Shown: positions 7,780-18,476, numbered from the stretch's first letter. The stretch: DNA of 61,627 bases from Eubacteriales bacterium (GCA_045588085.1 JAZNDN010000023.1:1-61627), one strand, 5' to 3'. The notes: generated from the letters alone by a model not told the origin. Program-made: numbers and translations.

Positions 7780-10431
7780 ATGAACAGTCAGAATAAAAGC
7801 ATATTTGCGATTATTGAGCATTATCTTGATATGCTCCTTAATCTGCTTACAGTATTTATAGCGTACTTTTTCTCGTGCCTGATAGCAAAAGAGACACCGA
7901 TTTATCCAAATACTCCCGAGACTGTTATCTGGATTTTGGTTATCGTTATACTCAGCGGATTTGCATATCAGGCGTTTTATCTTTATAAGCCCTCGGTATA
8001 TTTCAAGACTTCGTCTTCGATACTCCGTATTCTTGAGGCAAACGTGACCTTCTTCGGCACATTGGCGATTATCTTTGCGCTGTTTGCTGAGCCGGGGATA
8101 AAGAGCTTTCTTCTTATATGGACGCTTATGACGCTTCTTGTCAGCACGGCGTTCCTCACCTTTAAGCGCCGCATACTTCTGGTTGTTCTCAGAGTACTAC
8201 GTGCAAAGCAGTATATTCTGCGTAAGGTTATCATAGTCGGTGACAATACCGCTTCCGCAAAGGAATACGTACGCCAAATAGAGAAAAACCCGCAGTGCGG
8301 AATGATGGTGCTCGGCTACGTCGGTAATAAAATAAGTGAGGACGTCGGCTGCGATAAGCTGGGTGCATTTACAGAGCTTGAGAAAATTCTCGACGAATAC
8401 AAGCCTACCGACGTGGTTTTTGCAATTGACTCATACGATAAGCGTCATCTTATAAGGCTTGTAAATATATGCGATGACAGATGCATTAAGGTATTTTTCC
8501 TTCCTGTAATTTACGGATTCTTCAAAACCTCAAGGCAGCTTGAGCAGATTGGAAGCCTACCCATAATAAATATTCACACAACCCCCTTGGATAACCGTGC
8601 GAATGCGGCGGTTAAGCGAATTGTCGATATCATAGGCTCGTTGGCACTTATAATACTGACCTCGCCTCTTATGATTATGGCGGCAATAGGAACCAAAATA
8701 TCCTCCCCCGGTCCTATATTCTTCCGGCAGCAAAGAGTCGGTAAGCTTGGTAAGCCGTTTACGATGCTCAAGTTCCGTTCAATGCGAGTTAACGATAAAT
8801 CCACGGTCGCATGGACAACCGGCACCGACCCCAGAAAAACACGGTTCGGAACCTTCCTTCGAAGAACTGCCATAGATGAGCTTCCTCAGCTCTTTAACGT
8901 GCTTCTTGGCAGTATGTCTTTGGTTGGTCCGCGTCCGGAGCTTCCCGCGTTTGTTGAGGTGTTCCGCAAGGATATTCCGCTTTACATGGTAAAGCACTAC
9001 GTAAAGCCCGGACTTACCGGACTTGCTCAGGTAAAGGGACTCCGCGGAGATACCTCGGTTGTAGACCGTATTCACGAGGATATAGATTATATAGAGAACT
9101 GGTCCTTGTGGCTTGATATTTACATTCTGCTTTGCACGCCCTTTAAGGCATTCAATAAAAACGAAAAATACGTTGATACCAAAAAGGAACAGGCGCAGGT
9201 TGCCGAGGCTCCTGCATCCCGACGCACCGAAGAGCATTCTGCGGACGACGTTGTTATAACGTCGGGAGGTGTTGACGTCGTTGCAAAGAAGGCGGCAGAC
9301 GAGAATAAATCCTATTCCGCGAGAGTGAATGACGATAAATCGTGCAAAATACTATATGCCGCATCAACCTACTCTCATCTCAAATCATTCCATATTCCTT
9401 ATATTGAGGCGCTCAGACGCGAGGGATATACGGTTATGACTATGGCAAAGGGCGAGGGAGCGGATTTTGATATTCCGTTTGTTAAGAAGACGTTTTCCAA
9501 GGAAAACGCCGCCTGCCGTAAGATGATAAGAGAGATTGCGGAGCGGGAAAAATTTGACCTTGTAATACTGAACACCTCTCTTGCCGCATTCCACATAAGA
9601 ATGGCGCTACCTAAAAAGGATAGACCCCGTGTCGTAAACATAGTACACGGATATCTGTTCTCAAATCTCAGCAGCCGCGGTGCGAAGGAGAAAATCAAAT
9701 CCCGTCTGCTTCTTCTTGCGGAGAAGCTGACTGCCAAAAAGACCGACGCTATTCTTACTATGAACGCCGAGGACTTTGATATAGCAACCGATAATAAGCT
9801 GTCTTTGTCACAGCCGATTTCCACTTTGGGTATGGGAATTTCCGAGCTTCGCGTCAGAGTTCCCAGAGATGTCTTCAGGGAAAGAAATAAGGTTGCGGAT
9901 AAATACGTTTTACTGTTTGTCGGAGAGCTTTCGGCAAGAAAGAACCAGAGCTTCCTCATATCAAGCATGCCTGCAATTCTTTCTATCAGAAAGGACGCTG
10001 TGCTTTGGCTTGTCGGAGAAGGGGACGAGCGTTCAAATCTTGAGCATCTCGCGGTCGATCTCGGAGTCTCGGAGCGTGTCAGGTTCTTCGGCAGACGTGA
10101 CAACGTTTCGGATTACCTTTCCGCAGCTGATGTGTATGTTAGCGCCTCTAAAATCGAGGGCTTGCCGTTTAACATAGTCGAGGCTCTCGGTGCGGGCTGC
10201 CCTGTTCTTGCCTCGGATATAAAGGGGCACAGAGATATACTTTGCGACGGTGCCGGCAGACTTTATGAATGCGGCTCTATGAAGCATTTTGTCGAAGGCT
10301 TCGTTGCCATAGCCGAGGAAAAAAGACTTCCTGCTGCCGAAACCGTTAGAAAGGCGTACGATAAATATTCCTTCAGTTCCGTGTTTGCCGATACCTATGA
10401 AAAAATAAAGAAGGCTGGTAATCTTGAATGA
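7780..10431 (+). CDS. fusion protein: polyprenyl-phosphate sugar phosphotransferase (WbaP/EpsB-like) plus GT4 glycosyltransferase
   Basis: N-terminal TM helices and Bac_transf motifs (SPGPIFFRQQRVG, FKFRSM-like MLKFRSMRV, DELPQLFNVL.GSMSLVGPRP, KPGLTGLAQV) to about residue 470. An acidic/Ala linker follows. Then a GT4/GT1 fold (LLFVGELSARKNQ, EGLPFNIVEALGAGCPVLASD). Confidence 0.8.
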   Translation: MNSQNKSIFAIIEHYLDMLLNLLTVFIAYFFSCLIAKETPIYPNTPETVIWILVIVILSGFAYQAFYLYKPSVYFKTSSSILRILEANVTFFGTLAIIFALFAEPGIKSFLLIWTLMTLLVSTAFLTFKRRILLVVLRVLRAKQYILRKVIIVGDNTASAKEYVRQIEKNPQCGMMVLGYVGNKISEDVGCDKLGAFTELEKILDEYKPTDVVFAIDSYDKRHLIRLVNICDDRCIKVFFLPVIYGFFKTSRQLEQIGSLPIINIHTTPLDNRANAAVKRIVDIIGSLALIILTSPLMIMAAIGTKISSPGPIFFRQQRVGKLGKPFTMLKFRSMRVNDKSTVAWTTGTDPRKTRFGTFLRRTAIDELPQLFNVLLGSMSLVGPRPELPAFVEVFRKDIPLYMVKHYVKPGLTGLAQVKGLRGDTSVVDRIHEDIDYIENWSLWLDIYILLCTPFKAFNKNEKYVDTKKEQAQVAEAPASRRTEEHSADDVVITSGGVDVVAKKAADENKSYSARVNDDKSCKILYAASTYSHLKSFHIPYIEALRREGYTVMTMAKGEGADFDIPFVKKTFSKENAACRKMIREIAEREKFDLVILNTSLAAFHIRMALPKKDRPRVVNIVHGYLFSNLSSRGAKEKIKSRLLLLAEKLTAKKTDAILTMNAEDFDIATDNKLSLSQPISTLGMGISELRVRVPRDVFRERNKVADKYVLLFVGELSARKNQSFLISSMPAILSIRKDAVLWLVGEGDERSNLEHLAVDLGVSERVRFFGRRDNVSDYLSAADVYVSASKIEGLPFNIVEALGAGCPVLASDIKGHRDILCDGAGRLYECGSMKHFVEGFVAIAEEKRLPAAETVRKAYDKYSFSSVFADTYEKIKKAGNLE

Positions 10432-11882
10432 GCTCGGAAAAAGAGATTTGTGCCCGCAGTGCCTGGAAGTCACTGAGCTTCGCACGGATAAAAGAGTCTC
10501 TTAAAAGATTTTATGACGGAAAAATCTACCCCATAGTAATAGCCTGTCTGGTGGCGTTAGGTCACGTTACGGCAACGGAATTTTATCTGGTTATTCCATT
10601 TCTTGTGCTTGCCTGCGGTGCACTCATTATTTGCGACAGCACCAAACCTCTTCTTATGCCCATGGCGGTGTTCATCTATCAGCTTCCGCTAAAGCACTCT
10701 CCGGGTTGGCCTACGAACTCCGGTTACTATTTCGAGGGGGCGAGGCTGGTAATTCTTCTTTTGCTGACCGTTATCACGTTGACGGCGCTTATGTACCGAT
10801 TCGTTATTTGCGTAAAAGAAGGCATGAGGCGCGACACCCCGATGCTGCTTCCGCTTTCCTTGCTGTGTGCGGCATTCCTTTTGAACGGTGTCTTTTCCTC
10901 CGGCTGGCATTGGGCTGGGCTTCTTGTCGGATTTATCGAAGCGTTCGTGTATTTCTTCACTTTCTATATATTTTATCTCGGTCTTCGTGGGGAAAGCAAA
11001 GACGGGCTTGTAGAATATTTTTGCTATATAACGCTTCTCATTGCGGCGGTTATCGTTGCCGAAATGGCGTTTATGTTTATGACGTACGACGGTATAATAG
11101 TCGACGGCTCAATAGTTAAAACCAAGGTAAATCTCGGTTGGGGAATATGGAATCCTATCGGATTTTCTCTGACGGTTCTCATACCCATGCTTGTTTTTGG
11201 TGCAATGAAAATGAGATATCCGGCGGTATACGTTGTAGCCTCCGTGATTACTTATCTTTGCGCTGCTCTTACGATGTCGCGCAATGCTCTGATATTCGCC
11301 ACGTTGGCGCTTATTGCATCTTACGTAATAGGCTGCTTTGCAGGTGCGCGTAAGCTTATGTTCAGAATAATAACTCTTGCGGGAGCTGCGGTTGTTCTGG
11401 TGGCAGCTGTCGTTATGTGGGATAAGATTGCGGGAATTTTTGCAACAGTCATGGAGCAGGGATTTGATAACAACGGCAGATTTGACCTTTGGCGTGCGGG
11501 CATAGAAAGCTTTACTTCAGCTCCGGTCTTCGGTAAAGGCTTTTGCAGTACGGGAACCGGCTCGGATATAGCTAGCTTCATTCCCACTATGGCACATAAT
11601 ACCGTAGTTCAGGTTCTTGCGGCAATGGGAATTTTCGGTATGGCTGCATACGCTTATTACAGAGCGCATTCGCTCGTGCCGTTCATTGCACGTCCCACTC
11701 TTGAAAAAAGCATGCTTCTCATGCCTATGCTCATAACCGTCGGAATGAGCTTGCTTGACAACTTCGTTTTTTACGTATATACCGTTTTCTATTATGCAAT
11801 GGCAATGGCAATAGCATTTGTAATCTATGACAGTCAGAAGGCTGAATTGGAAAGTAAATCTGAAGAAATCAGTCAATATTGA
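10428..11882 (+). CDS. O-antigen ligase/polymerase-like (Wzy_C) polytopic membrane protein
   Basis: About 10-12 TM helices and a central loop motif TMSRNALIF...GRFDLW typical of the Wzy_C/O-antigen ligase family. ATGA 4-nt overlap with the upstream fusion gene. Confidence 0.6.
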   Translation: MSSEKEICARSAWKSLSFARIKESLKRFYDGKIYPIVIACLVALGHVTATEFYLVIPFLVLACGALIICDSTKPLLMPMAVFIYQLPLKHSPGWPTNSGYYFEGARLVILLLLTVITLTALMYRFVICVKEGMRRDTPMLLPLSLLCAAFLLNGVFSSGWHWAGLLVGFIEAFVYFFTFYIFYLGLRGESKDGLVEYFCYITLLIAAVIVAEMAFMFMTYDGIIVDGSIVKTKVNLGWGIWNPIGFSLTVLIPMLVFGAMKMRYPAVYVVASVITYLCAALTMSRNALIFATLALIASYVIGCFAGARKLMFRIITLAGAAVVLVAAVVMWDKIAGIFATVMEQGFDNNGRFDLWRAGIESFTSAPVFGKGFCSTGTGSDIASFIPTMAHNTVVQVLAAMGIFGMAAYAYYRAHSLVPFIARPTLEKSMLLMPMLITVGMSLLDNFVFYVYTVFYYAMAMAIAFVIYDSQKAELESKSEEISQY

Positions 11883-11925
11883 CAACAGTTGTTTGCAAAA
11901 ATGGGAATAAATTAAATAAACAGCA

Positions 11926-11965
11926 AAGGTAGGAGCACAAAACCGTACTCCTACCTTATTTTATA
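11926..11965. terminator. bidirectional intrinsic terminator
   Basis: Stem AAGGTAGGAGCAC / GTACTCCTACCTT, loop AAAACC, then ATTTTAT. Sequence-related to the terminator at 525-565. Confidence 0.55.
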
Positions 11966-11991
11966 TTCAGTTGGATTTGCAAGCGTGGGAA

Positions 11992-13230
11992 TTATCTCTT
12001 GGAGAGAACTTCCTTCTCGTACTTGTCGGATTTTTCAATCCATTCCATACCAACGGGGGCACCGCAGCGAGCGCAATACTCGTCGAATACCTCGCCGAAG
12101 GGGAAGGTCTTGAATTCCTCGCTGATTGCGAGCATTTTGGTGTAGTCCGCCTTATCCTGATACTCGGAGAGGTCGGGAAGAAGAAGCGCATTGAGAAGAG
12201 CCTTCTGCATATTGCGGGCACCTACAACCCAAGCTGCAATACGGTTAACCGATGCATCGAAGTAGTCAAGAGCGATGAATACTCTGTTAAGAGCGTTGTT
12301 TCTTACTATTTCCTTAGCAATTTCCTTGGTTTCATCGTCAAGGATAATTACGTGGTCGGAGTCCCAGCGAACAGCACGGGTTACGTGCAGAGCTATCTTC
12401 TCGTTGAAGAGCAGGAGGGAGGAAATCTTGTCGGAAACCACCTCGGTAGGATGATAGTGTCCGTTGTCCATAAGGGGCGTGATGCCTGCCTTGGTTGAGT
12501 AGGAGAGGCAGAATTCAGCGGAGCCTACGGTGTATGACTCAAGACCGATACCGAAGACCTTTGATTCAAGGGTTATGTAAACCTTGGACTTGTCGTAGTC
12601 GGTTGCAAGGATTTCGTCAAGAGATTTCTTGAATCTTGCTCTGGGGCCGAGTCTGTCAGCAGGGATTTCCTTGAATCCGTCGGGAATCCAGATGTTAAGA
12701 ACGCAGGGCTCGCCGGTTTCATTTGCGAAATACTCTGCAATCTTTATGCAGGCAATGCCATGCTCAACCCAGAATTTACGGGTTGCTTCGTCGGGAGAGG
12801 AAAGAGTGAGGTTATCTTTTACCGAGGGGTGAGCGAAGAAGGTGGGGTTAAAGTCAAGTCCCATTCCTCTTGCTTTTGCGAACTCTACCCACTTTGCAAA
12901 GTGGCGGGGCTCAAGCTCGTTTCTGTTTGCATACTCACCGTTCTCAAAAATAGCATAGCATGCATGAAGATTGAGCTTTTTCTTACCGGGAACCATAGCG
13001 AACGCGGTATCGATATCAGCCATAAGCTGCTCGGGAGTAGTTGCCTTTCCGGGATAGTTTCCGGTGGTCTGTATACCGCCGGAGAGAGCTTCCTTGGAGT
13101 CAAATCCGGTAACGTCGTCGCCCTGCCAGCAGTGAATGGAGATAGGAACGTCCTTAAGCGTTTCGATTGCACGGTCGGTGTCGATGCCGTACTTTGCGTA
13201 TTTTGCCTTTGCGATTTCGTAGCTTGTCAT
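11992..13230 (-). CDS. rhaA: L-rhamnose isomerase
   Basis: Full-length match in pattern to RhaA (AKYAKYGIDTD.AI..L...PISIHCWQGDDV.GF; 412 aa). Directly downstream of the rhamnulokinase gene. Confidence 0.9.
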   Translation of the reverse strand: MTSYEIAKAKYAKYGIDTDRAIETLKDVPISIHCWQGDDVTGFDSKEALSGGIQTTGNYPGKATTPEQLMADIDTAFAMVPGKKKLNLHACYAIFENGEYANRNELEPRHFAKWVEFAKARGMGLDFNPTFFAHPSVKDNLTLSSPDEATRKFWVEHGIACIKIAEYFANETGEPCVLNIWIPDGFKEIPADRLGPRARFKKSLDEILATDYDKSKVYITLESKVFGIGLESYTVGSAEFCLSYSTKAGITPLMDNGHYHPTEVVSDKISSLLLFNEKIALHVTRAVRWDSDHVIILDDETKEIAKEIVRNNALNRVFIALDYFDASVNRIAAWVVGARNMQKALLNALLLPDLSEYQDKADYTKMLAISEEFKTFPFGEVFDEYCARCGAPVGMEWIEKSDKYEKEVLSKR

Positions 13231-13231
13231 T

Positions 13232-14545
13232 TTATTTACTCCTGTTAATTTGGATTTTAAGATTTCCGATTGCGGTTGCCTCTATGGGAAGAGCAACGAC
13301 TTTTTTGCCGGTGAATTTCTCGGTAATGCCGTTGAGGTAGGTGTTCTTCGCACCACCGCCTACGATATAGATTTTGTCATACTCGCAACCGGTGTTGTTT
13401 TCCATATCTCTTATAGCCTCACCGTAGCAGGCGCCGAGGCTGACGTAAGCACAGTTGAAGTAATCTGCCATTTCGGTGGGAGTCTTCTTGCCTCTTGCGC
13501 TGAGGTATGCATCAATCGCATCCTTCATGCTTTCGGGTGCCGAGAAGGCGTCGTCGTTTACGTCAAAGATTTCGGCAAAGCTACTTTCCGATGCCATTTT
13601 TGCAATATCACCGTAGGGCATGTCGGGGCAGAGCTCTTTTCTGAGGCTTTGGATTAACCACATTCCCGTAATATTTATCTGATAACGGTTGTATCCTACA
13701 CCGCCCTCGTTTGAGTAATTGGAAAGACGGCTGTTTTCATCGGTTATAGCCTTGGGTGTCTTAACACCGAGAAGAGACCAGGTTCCTGAGGAAATGTAGG
13801 GAGCGTTCTCGGGCATATCTATCGCCTCAACAGCACTTGCGGTGTCGTGCGTTGCGCACAGAACAACCTCAAGGTCGCCGCCTACGCGCTTCGCAATCTC
13901 GGGCTTGAGTCTGCCGACCAAAGTGCCGGGCTCCGAAAGCTCGGTAGCAAGGGCTGCGGGAAGGTCAAGCGTTGCCCAAATTTTTCTGTCAAAGCGCAGA
14001 GTATCTGCATTTACTATGCCCGCCGTCGTAGCGTTGGTAAATTCCTTCTTTTTGTTTCCGGTCAGCTTGTACATAAGATATTCGGGAATCATGAGGAAAT
14101 CGGTAGCATTCTCAAGACGACCTGCTTTTTTATCTGCATAGAGCTGATAGATAGAATTGAATTTCTGGAACTGAATGCCTGTACGCTCGTAGAGCTCTGC
14201 GAAGGGAATGAGCGAGTGAACCTCGTCAATAACGGCATCGGTACGACTGTCACGGTATGCATAGGTGGGAGTCAGCTCGCGGTCACCCTGCATTATGACG
14301 TAGTCAACGCCCCAGGTGTCGATAGAGAGGCTTTCGATTTTCGGGTATTTCTTGAAGCATTCGCCGATACCGGTTATTACCTCTTCAAGAAGACGGTCGG
14401 TATCCCATACCAGATGTCCGTCAACGGTGTCCATGCCGTTGGGGAAACGGTAAATTTCGTCGGTGATAAGCTCCCCGTCCTTTACGTAGCCTATGATATG
14501 TCGGCCGCTGGAAGCTCCGATATCAATAGCAAGATAGTATTTCAT
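13232..14545 (-). CDS. rhaB: rhamnulokinase (FGGY family)
   Basis: N-terminal AIDIGASSGRHI...RF.N......GHL.WD motif of rhamnulokinases and FGGY C-terminal IVGGGAKN. Stop lies 1 nt before the rhaA start. Confidence 0.85.
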   Translation of the reverse strand: MKYYLAIDIGASSGRHIIGYVKDGELITDEIYRFPNGMDTVDGHLVWDTDRLLEEVITGIGECFKKYPKIESLSIDTWGVDYVIMQGDRELTPTYAYRDSRTDAVIDEVHSLIPFAELYERTGIQFQKFNSIYQLYADKKAGRLENATDFLMIPEYLMYKLTGNKKKEFTNATTAGIVNADTLRFDRKIWATLDLPAALATELSEPGTLVGRLKPEIAKRVGGDLEVVLCATHDTASAVEAIDMPENAPYISSGTWSLLGVKTPKAITDENSRLSNYSNEGGVGYNRYQINITGMWLIQSLRKELCPDMPYGDIAKMASESSFAEIFDVNDDAFSAPESMKDAIDAYLSARGKKTPTEMADYFNCAYVSLGACYGEAIRDMENNTGCEYDKIYIVGGGAKNTYLNGITEKFTGKKVVALPIEATAIGNLKIQINRSK

Positions 14546-14740
14546 AATTCCTCCAAAGGTTATAACTTCTTCTGCGCGGCATAAGTCGCACTTTGATTAC
14601 ACTACTATATTATCATATATATGTACTTATAACAAGGTTTTAAATTATGCAAAAAACTGTCCTAATTTAATGTCGAGTATTGATTTTTTTCGACTTTTAT
14701 GTTAAAATCGGAATAAAAGAATGATTTGCGGAGGAAAGCT

Positions 14741-15694
14741 ATGGAAGAATATCTGCTTAGCAAAATATCTGCTATAACCGAGGAGGAACAGCAAATTCTT
14801 GCCGGCGCCGAGCTTGAGAGGGAGCGTTATGCCGTTGGAGCAGATTTTATCGTAACGTCCGGAAGGATAACGGGTAAGGCTAAGGATATAACCGTCAGAA
14901 CGCACACACGGTACGTGGATTTTCCTATGCATAAGCATAATTATCTTGAGGTTATGATAGCTTTGTCGGGAAGCATAACCCATATCATCGAGGGCGAGGA
15001 GCTGACACTTTGCAAGGGTGATATACTGATACTCAACAAGCATATATCTCATTCAATCAAAAAAGCCGACACCTACGATATCGGTGTTAACGTGATTATT
15101 GCGGATAGCTTCATGGATTCTCTTTCGGCTGAGCTTGCCGATACCGTTTTTTCTCAGTTGATAAGGGAAAATTCAAAGTCTGAGGGCGCGCCTACTTATC
15201 TGTGCTTCCGCACGGGAGAAAATAAGCAGATAGGCAATATAATCGAGAATATGCTCTTTGAGCTCACGGAGTATCGCTCGGACATGAAGATACTTCGAAG
15301 AACGGTTTCTCTGCTGTTTGACTATCTTTCGCTAAAAAGCGAAAAAATGCTGAGGGCGTCGAGCTATCCTGCGGACCGGGAAAGCGAGAGAAAGAAGACC
15401 GTAGCGGCTTATATTAAAGGAAATTTCAGAACTGCAACGCTCTCTGAGCTTTCGGAGCTGATGTACCTGTCGTCGCCTTATCTTTCAAAGCTTATAAAGG
15501 AGTATTTCGGAATGAGCTTCAAGGAGCTGTTGCTTCGCGAGAGAATTGAGCGTGCGAGGGAACTTTTTGTGAAAACGCAGCTTCCTATCAGTGATATAAT
15601 TCACAGTATAGGCTATGAGAATGAATCCTATTTTCACAGGGAATACAAAAAAGCCGTTGGGAAAACACCGCTTGCGTCAAGAAAGAAAAAATAA
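14741..15694 (+). CDS. AraC-family transcriptional regulator (cupin sensor + HTH), probable rhamnose regulator
   Basis: ATG 14741 after GGAGGA. N-terminal cupin-like region (HTRYVDFPMHKHNYLEV) and C-terminal AraC HTH (IGYENESYFHREYKKAVGKTP). Divergent from rhaBA. Confidence 0.8.
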   Translation: MEEYLLSKISAITEEEQQILAGAELERERYAVGADFIVTSGRITGKAKDITVRTHTRYVDFPMHKHNYLEVMIALSGSITHIIEGEELTLCKGDILILNKHISHSIKKADTYDIGVNVIIADSFMDSLSAELADTVFSQLIRENSKSEGAPTYLCFRTGENKQIGNIIENMLFELTEYRSDMKILRRTVSLLFDYLSLKSEKMLRASSYPADRESERKKTVAAYIKGNFRTATLSELSELMYLSSPYLSKLIKEYFGMSFKELLLRERIERARELFVKTQLPISDIIHSIGYENESYFHREYKKAVGKTPLASRKKK

Positions 15695-15760
15695 AAGTAC
15701 CCCGTGTATCGATCTCGCTATGAGATGCGGTGCGCGGGGCGCTTTTTTATGTTGATTTGC

Positions 15761-17614
15761 TTACTTTTTTCTTACCCATACGAGCATATCGCTTCTGCCT
15801 CTGTTGGCAAATGCAAAGTAGGGAATGAATTTGAGATTTACCTCATTTTCCTCACACTCGTCGGCAGGGAAATAGAGCCTTGCGTCGTTGACAGTACGGT
15901 AACCCTTAAGCTCTATGGAATAAAGACCGTGGAAATCCTTTGCAAGCTTCGCGGATTTTACAGCGTCGGTGCTTACGCTAATGCGGTTAAGGCGCTCTCC
16001 GTTGTCAACGCCTTCAAGGCAGTATACAACAGGACCCAGAGTCAGCGCAACTCTTCCTGCGTTGGCTCTTACGTTGGGGTTGGCGCTTACAAACACGGGT
16101 GCGAGAGGGAAGCTTACCTCAAGCGTGAAGCTGCTTGGAACGCAAACGCTTATATATCCGACCTCATCAAGCTTAACCTCGGTGCGCTTGCCGTTAAGCA
16201 CGAGGGTGGTACCTTTTGCCCATTCGGGAAGTCTGAGCTTCAGAACGGGGGCGGAGTATGCCTCGCTGCTTATCACTGCTTTGCCGTCAAGTGCATAGTT
16301 TTCTTCTATTGCTATGGTACCGTGTCGTGTTTCCGCCTTGCATGAAACATACTGCTCTACCGTTGCATAGTCGTCGTTTTCATATATAAAGCACTCTGCA
16401 AACATAGCAAACCATCTGTTTATATTAGGAGGACAGCAAGAACATTCAAATACCTCGACTCTGTTGGTGATAGCGAGCTTTTCGCGCATGGATGGCTCCT
16501 CGGCAAGCTCTCTTCCGTATTCCTCAAGTGCTATTTCGAGAGGGTTTTCATAGAAGAATTCCTTACCGTTTTGAGAGGTGGAGGAAAGCAGATTGTTATA
16601 TAGCTCTCTCTCTATCAGATGACCGTACTTGGGGTTCTCTATCATACGTCTCATACGCATTGCGAAAAGGCAGAACGCGATAGCCGAGCAGCTTTCGCTG
16701 TACGAGGAGGCATTGGGAAGGTCATACGGAACCGTAAAGCTTTCCTGGCGGCGAGTAGAGCCGACTCCTCCGGTTATAAACATTTTGCGCTCCGTTATAT
16801 CCTCCCATACGGATTCCAGGGAGCTGATAAGAGCCTTATCGGCGTTCTCGTATGCCATATCGGCTATTCCCGAATAGAAATACAAGGCGCGCACACAATG
16901 ACCGTTTGCATCTCTGAGTCCGTATATATCCACGTCGTCCTGTGCCGTTTTTGCGGTTGGACGGTGGAACTGCTCATCGGTTTTACCTCTGCCAAGGAGG
17001 AAGAACTCAGCGATTCTGCGGTATTTCTCGTCACCCGTGTATCTATAAAGCTTGAAAAGCGCAAGCTCAATTTCCTCGTGGCCGGGGGTTGAGAACTTAG
17101 CCCACTTTTCAGTTATAAAGGCTTTTTCCACAAGGTCACAGTATTTCTTTACAATGCATAAAAGCTTATCCTTGCCGGTGGCGTGATGATAAGCAATAGC
17201 TGCCTCAATAAGATGACCGAGACAGTAAAGCTCGTGGTCGCCTCTGCCGCAGAAAATTCTGTTGGGAGCTATTTGCTGGAAATAGGAATTTAGATATCCG
17301 TTATCGCGCTGTGCTCTCTCCATATCGAGCACAAGGGCGTCTATAAATTCCTCGTTTTCCTTCATTGAGTCGCGGTCAAGCTCCATTATGTATGAAACGC
17401 CCTCTATCCATTTTGCAACGTCTGAGTCGTAATAAATGTGAGGCGCTTTTCCGGTTTTTAAATAATTGAAGCGGAGCGCGTCAAATCTTCCGCTGTCCTC
17501 GAAGCGTCGCTTTACGCTCTCTATTGATACGTTTTTGTTGAGGTCGTATCTTTTTTGCCAAAATCCGTCACAAAGGCGAATCCTTTGAAATGGAACAAAG
17601 TTACCTGAAAACAT
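15761..17614 (-). CDS. glycoside hydrolase family 127 (DUF1680, beta-L-arabinofuranosidase-like)
   Basis: ATG 17614 preceded by GGAGG (track start 17818 over-extended). Typical N-terminus FQRIRL.DGFW..R, (alpha/alpha)6 motifs (ELYCLGHLIEAAIAYH) and C-terminal CSCCPPNI cysteine cluster. Confidence 0.8.
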   Translation of the reverse strand: MFSGNFVPFQRIRLCDGFWQKRYDLNKNVSIESVKRRFEDSGRFDALRFNYLKTGKAPHIYYDSDVAKWIEGVSYIMELDRDSMKENEEFIDALVLDMERAQRDNGYLNSYFQQIAPNRIFCGRGDHELYCLGHLIEAAIAYHHATGKDKLLCIVKKYCDLVEKAFITEKWAKFSTPGHEEIELALFKLYRYTGDEKYRRIAEFFLLGRGKTDEQFHRPTAKTAQDDVDIYGLRDANGHCVRALYFYSGIADMAYENADKALISSLESVWEDITERKMFITGGVGSTRRQESFTVPYDLPNASSYSESCSAIAFCLFAMRMRRMIENPKYGHLIERELYNNLLSSTSQNGKEFFYENPLEIALEEYGRELAEEPSMREKLAITNRVEVFECSCCPPNINRWFAMFAECFIYENDDYATVEQYVSCKAETRHGTIAIEENYALDGKAVISSEAYSAPVLKLRLPEWAKGTTLVLNGKRTEVKLDEVGYISVCVPSSFTLEVSFPLAPVFVSANPNVRANAGRVALTLGPVVYCLEGVDNGERLNRISVSTDAVKSAKLAKDFHGLYSIELKGYRTVNDARLYFPADECEENEVNLKFIPYFAFANRGRSDMLVWVRKK

Positions 17615-17693
17615 AGTAATCCTCCAAAAATGTTGACATTCTGTTATTATTGTAGTATATTTTATATGTGAAAGCAATGAAAAAATAAAATAT

Positions 17694-18476
17694 ATGGTGG
17701 AAAAATCCGACATGATAACAGTAGATAATATAACGCTCGAATTTTCGAGCATGGGAATATTCGAAACAGATTCGGTGTGGATGCATCCTGACGTAACCGT
17801 TCCGACGTATGAAATCATCTACGTAACCGACGGTCAGGTCAACATAGCTGAGGGTGAGCAGCGTTATGAGCTCAAGCGCGGAGATATGCTTCTGCTTGAT
17901 GCCGGAATAAATCATCGGGGCTATGCCGCAAGTCACGGTAAAACGTCATTCTACTGGCTGCATTACACGGTTTCCGACGCAAAATCGCTCGCTTTTCCGA
18001 AGCTGTCGCGCCCTGAGTGTGCATGGGTGCTTGGTGCCCTGAGAGAGCTTATGCATTTGTCTATGGCGTCGCAAAGGCTTGCCGATATAGCTTTGGCGAA
18101 GCTGCTCTTTGAGTGTATTGAGGAGAGAAAGGCGGGCAATCCCGTAGCCCATGAGATAGACGAATATATAAGACTTAAGAGTGATACCGCGCTTACGGTT
18201 TCGCAGGTTGCACAGCGTTTCAGGCTCAGCGCTGACCATATAGCGAGGCTTTTGAAAAAGGAATTCGGTTACGATACTAAAACAGCAATAGTAAACCGCC
18301 GTCTTTTGTTTATAAAATCCTGTCTTGTAAATACGGATAAAACCGTCAAGGAGATTGCTGCGGAGTGCGGTTTTGAGGACGAAAATTCCTTTGTAAAATT
18401 CTTTAAGTATCATGAAAAAACCACACCAACAGCATTCCGCAGTAAATTCTTTTACGTAAATCGCAATAATAAGTAA
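17694..18476 (+). CDS. AraC-family transcriptional regulator
   Basis: Cupin-like N-terminus and C-terminal AraC HTH (ECGFEDENSFVKFFKYHEKTTPTAFR). Divergent from the GH127 gene. Promoter TTGACA-17-TATATT at about 17634-17662. Confidence 0.8.
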   Translation: MVEKSDMITVDNITLEFSSMGIFETDSVWMHPDVTVPTYEIIYVTDGQVNIAEGEQRYELKRGDMLLLDAGINHRGYAASHGKTSFYWLHYTVSDAKSLAFPKLSRPECAWVLGALRELMHLSMASQRLADIALAKLLFECIEERKAGNPVAHEIDEYIRLKSDTALTVSQVAQRFRLSADHIARLLKKEFGYDTKTAIVNRRLLFIKSCLVNTDKTVKEIAAECGFEDENSFVKFFKYHEKTTPTAFRSKFFYVNRNNK

